Positions 61,083 through 64,000 of a stretch of DNA of 64,000 bases are shown here, piece by piece. Source of the stretch: Candidatus Freyarchaeum deiterrae (GTDB taxonomy: Archaea > Asgardarchaeota > Jordiarchaeia > Jordiarchaeales > Jordiarchaeaceae). Under the pieces are notes generated by a model. The model searched no databases, was not told the DNA's origin, and worked only from the letters and a program-made list of their open reading frames with translations. The DNA lies in assembly GCA_037305845.1 (NCBI GenBank), contig CP147778.1, forward strand, positions 1,088,001 to 1,152,000. Reading direction: 5' to 3'. A program made the position numbers and the translations under genes. Within the stretch, counting starts at the first letter, position 1. Every line of letters begins with the position of its first letter.

Positions 61083-61694
61083 ATGGCGACTCTAAGGATA
61101 ATCTGCGATAACTGCGGGGCCAAGTTGCAATATTCCGAAGGTGAAACAGTTGTAACCTGCCCTTATTGTAATTGTGCCGTGGCACTAATAAAACCAGAAG
61201 ACGCCGAAGAACACTTCAAACGGGGGAACGACCATTATGAAAAGGGATTGCTTGGTAAGGCGATACGGGAATACAGAGAGGCGCTAAGAATAAACCCAGA
61301 CCATGCCAAAGCCCACAACAACCTGGGGACCGCTCTTGATGATAAGGGATTGGTTGATGAGGCGGTACGGGAATATGGAGAGGCGCTAAGAATAAACCCA
61401 GAATATGCCATAGCCCACTATAACTTGGGAAACGCCCTTTATGATAAGGGGTTGCTTGACGAGGCGATCCGAGAATATAGAGAAGCAATAAGAATAAAAC
61501 CGGACATCGTCTATGCACATAACAACTTGGGAAATGCTCTTGATGATAAGGGATTAGTTGATGAGGCGATACAAGAATATAGAGAAGCAATAAGAATAAA
61601 ACCGGACTTCACCGAAGCTCAACTCAACCTGAGTACGACCCTTAAAGCTAAGGGGCGGCCTGAGAGGCGATCAAAAAGTACAAAGAGGCGTTAA
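61083..61694 (+). CDS. Zinc-ribbon plus TPR protein, copy 1 (last repeat frameshifted)
   Basis: CDNCG...CPYC and 34-aa repeats of the form AHNNLG.AL..KG..DEAI.EY.EAIRIKP. Confidence 0.88.
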   Translation: MATLRIICDNCGAKLQYSEGETVVTCPYCNCAVALIKPEDAEEHFKRGNDHYEKGLLGKAIREYREALRINPDHAKAHNNLGTALDDKGLVDEAVREYGEALRINPEYAIAHYNLGNALYDKGLLDEAIREYREAIRIKPDIVYAHNNLGNALDDKGLVDEAIQEYREAIRIKPDFTEAQLNLSTTLKAKGRPERRSKSTKRR

Positions 61695-61843
61695 GAATAA
61701 AACCAGACCCTGCCGAAGATTCCTGAGTATGCATGTATTCAGACTGCGATGAAATCTTTTTGTACGTTAAGCGGCAGAATTATATCTCCTCAAATTAATT
61801 TAGTTAATACTTGATTTATGATGGAACTTAGGGGTATTTTTAA

Positions 61844-62692
61844 ATGGCGACTCTAAGGATAACCTGCGACAACTGCGGAGCCCCACTGCAATACTCCAAA
61901 GGAGAAACAGTCCAAACCTGCCCTTATTGTAAGTGCACAGTAACACTAATAATAAAAACAGCAGCAGCAGCAGAAGAAGAGGAAGAAGCCGAAGAAATAT
62001 CAGAAGAGGAAATGGAAGAAGCCGAAGACCATTACAAACAGGGGGTTGCCCTTTATTACAAAAGGTTGAATGATGAAGCGATTGAAGAATTCGAAGAAGC
62101 GCTAAAAATAAAACCAAACTACGCCGAAGCCCACAACGACCTAGGAGTTGCCCTCTTAGATAAGGGGCTGATTGGTGAAGCAATCAAGAAGTACAGAAAG
62201 GCGCTAAAAATAAAACCAAACCTCGCCACAGCCCACTATAATTTGGGGAATGCCCTTAGAGATAAGGGATTGCTGGATGAAGCGATCCAGGAATACAGAG
62301 AAGCAATAAGAATAAAACCAGACGACACCGACACCCACCATAATTTGGGGAATGTCCTTAAAGCAAAGAGATTATTTGATGAGGCGATACGAGAATACAG
62401 AAAAGCAATAAGAATAAAACCAGACGACCCCGACACCCACAACAACATGGGGAACGCCCTCTACGATAAAGGGCTGCTTGACGAAGCAATCAAGGAATAC
62501 AGAAAAGCGCTAAAAATAAAACCGAGCTACGTTGAAGCCCATTATAACCTGGGGAACGCCTACTATGATAAGGGGCTGCTTGACGAATCGACACGAGAAT
62601 ACAGAAAAGCGCTAAAAATAAACCCAGACCTTATTGAAGGCATTCCTAAGGATCGCCGTAAGAAGATCCTTAAGGGTAAATGGTCATTTTAG
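61844..62692 (+). CDS. Zinc-ribbon plus TPR protein, copy 2
   Basis: Same N-terminus as copy 1, an acidic linker and about six TPRs. Confidence 0.9.
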   Translation: MATLRITCDNCGAPLQYSKGETVQTCPYCKCTVTLIIKTAAAAEEEEEAEEISEEEMEEAEDHYKQGVALYYKRLNDEAIEEFEEALKIKPNYAEAHNDLGVALLDKGLIGEAIKKYRKALKIKPNLATAHYNLGNALRDKGLLDEAIQEYREAIRIKPDDTDTHHNLGNVLKAKRLFDEAIREYRKAIRIKPDDPDTHNNMGNALYDKGLLDEAIKEYRKALKIKPSYVEAHYNLGNAYYDKGLLDESTREYRKALKINPDLIEGIPKDRRKKILKGKWSF

Positions 62693-63029
62693 TTTAGAGG
62701 GTCTTTTTGGGAACAAAAGAGGAGGGTATAAAAGAAATATAACTCAGATGAACAGCGATCCAGACTTTGCTGATGCATACTCAGCTTATAAATGTCCAGG
62801 TAGTTTTTTACTATGTGAAGAAACTATTTTTCCCAAAATCAAGACCCTTTTTAACAGAACTAAATTGTGTGGAGTTTTTAAGAGATTTTACAGCACTTAC
62901 GGTTGCCACCAGAAAATGTTGTCTTTAGAAGAACTAAAGGCAGCGCACTAGACTGGTGTACACGCCCATAACAAATCTTTTCCACCTATCCTCCGAATAG
63001 GAATACGCCTACACAACAGGGATGAAGCA

Positions 63030-63488
63030 ATGTCCAAAAAAGCTGAGCTGGTAAACGTTCAGAAAAGGATTGACTCACCGAATACGGGCTCCGCCCTATT
63101 CGAGATATGTAAGTGGTGCACCTGGTATCAGAAATTGGAAGTTAAAACTCTTTTCGGAACTCACGTCAAGAAGCCCTACAAAAATTGTCCTAATTGCGGT
63201 TGCCCAACCACAATAATTCCTGATGAAATAGTTTGCGCGTGCGGGGTTTGTAGAAGGCTGCTCGTAGAAAAATTCGTAATATCCCTCAACAGCGTCAAAA
63301 AAGTCTCATCAGTAGAGTATGATTACGAGTGCTACAACTGCGGAAACACAACAAACATTACCTTTCTTCATGTATGCGGCGATGGAGAACTCGGAGAATG
63401 CGACGCCTTATCAAAAAACGAAGGAGAAAAACCCATGGGATTCGAGTGCATAAGATGCCGCAAGTATGTCCAAAATACCACAATCTAG
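63030..63488 (+). CDS. Cys-rich multi-zinc-ribbon hypothetical protein
   Basis: At least five CxxC pairs in 152 aa. Confidence 0.65.
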   Translation: MSKKAELVNVQKRIDSPNTGSALFEICKWCTWYQKLEVKTLFGTHVKKPYKNCPNCGCPTTIIPDEIVCACGVCRRLLVEKFVISLNSVKKVSSVEYDYECYNCGNTTNITFLHVCGDGELGECDALSKNEGEKPMGFECIRCRKYVQNTTI

Positions 63489-64000
63489 TCTTAAAGAAAC
63501 TCATACTTTTAAAAAAATCTATTTCCAAAGTTAATAATCTTTTTACGAGTAACCATCACACCACTAAAAAAAGAGCCTAATGAACTAATAATATCCGCAA
63601 AAATTCACCTCAAGCTTCACTCCAAGCTCTTAACCAAGTCATCAAAAGCCACAGAATATTCGGAACCAGAAAAACATGCTTCTTTTTAAACATGACCTGA
63701 GATTACTCTCCCTAAAAGATAATAAACAACAAACCGGAAAATGAATAAACAAAGCCCAACACAAAAAACACAAGAAACAATAGTTAGAACACGCCCACCC
63801 TACACAAAAAAAGAACGTGAATAAAGTCACACACCCCATTTTAAAACCCGAAAAAGTAGAAACAAAACAAACTCTAAACCCTCAAAAAACACGAAAACAA
63901 AACGACCAAACACACACAAAAACAACAAACCACCAGAAACTATAGCGGACAAAACAAGCAAATAATTTATAAATTAAAAACCCTACCGTAAGACGGCGCA

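Noticed and set aside
61200-62640. CRISPR-like periodic repeats
   Set aside because: The 102-nt periodicity is coding TPR repeats; there are no unique spacers or cas genes.
63500-64000. A/C-skewed low-complexity tract and the 65-aa minus-strand ORF
   Set aside because: There is no recognisable motif, and the ORF is explained by compositional bias near the window edge.
1-64000. Many short antisense or overlapping ORFs in the track
   Set aside because: They are shadows of well-supported genes on the opposite strand or in another frame.

Overview
This is an AT-rich archaeal window that looks like Asgardarchaeota (inference from a histone, Alba, eS25, longin and roadblock proteins, a small GTPase, a CdvA-like coiled coil and an E2F/DP-like wHTH). 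It contains a methanopterin biosynthesis cluster (mptG, DUF1464, dmrX, DHPS-like, mptA, with citG-like nearby), tldD/pmbA, a glycosyltransferase cluster, an intron-containing tRNA-Gln(CTG), and an hdrA plus mvhD-G-A-U [NiFe(Se)] hydrogenase locus. The main finding is that two conserved protein genes, alba and mvhD, each carry a tiny insertion (30 and 31 nt) with an in-frame UAG. Each insertion folds with its flanks into a bulge-helix-bulge/loop motif, and cutting at the canonical tRNA-splicing-endonuclease positions exactly restores the conserved protein motifs (GKKPT-MSYVLA and GIFC-NWCSY). The two insertions share a GUAGAUU...UCUAC stem and identical AA^A / AA^U splice bulges, which suggests a family of EndA-spliced mRNA introns beyond the known cbf5 case. 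The ORF track also misses a selenocysteine-containing VhuU peptide with a downstream SECIS-like hairpin, and does not identify a degenerate GH-E toxin tip paired with an ankyrin immunity gene. All calls come from reading the sequence by eye; no searches or folding programs were run.
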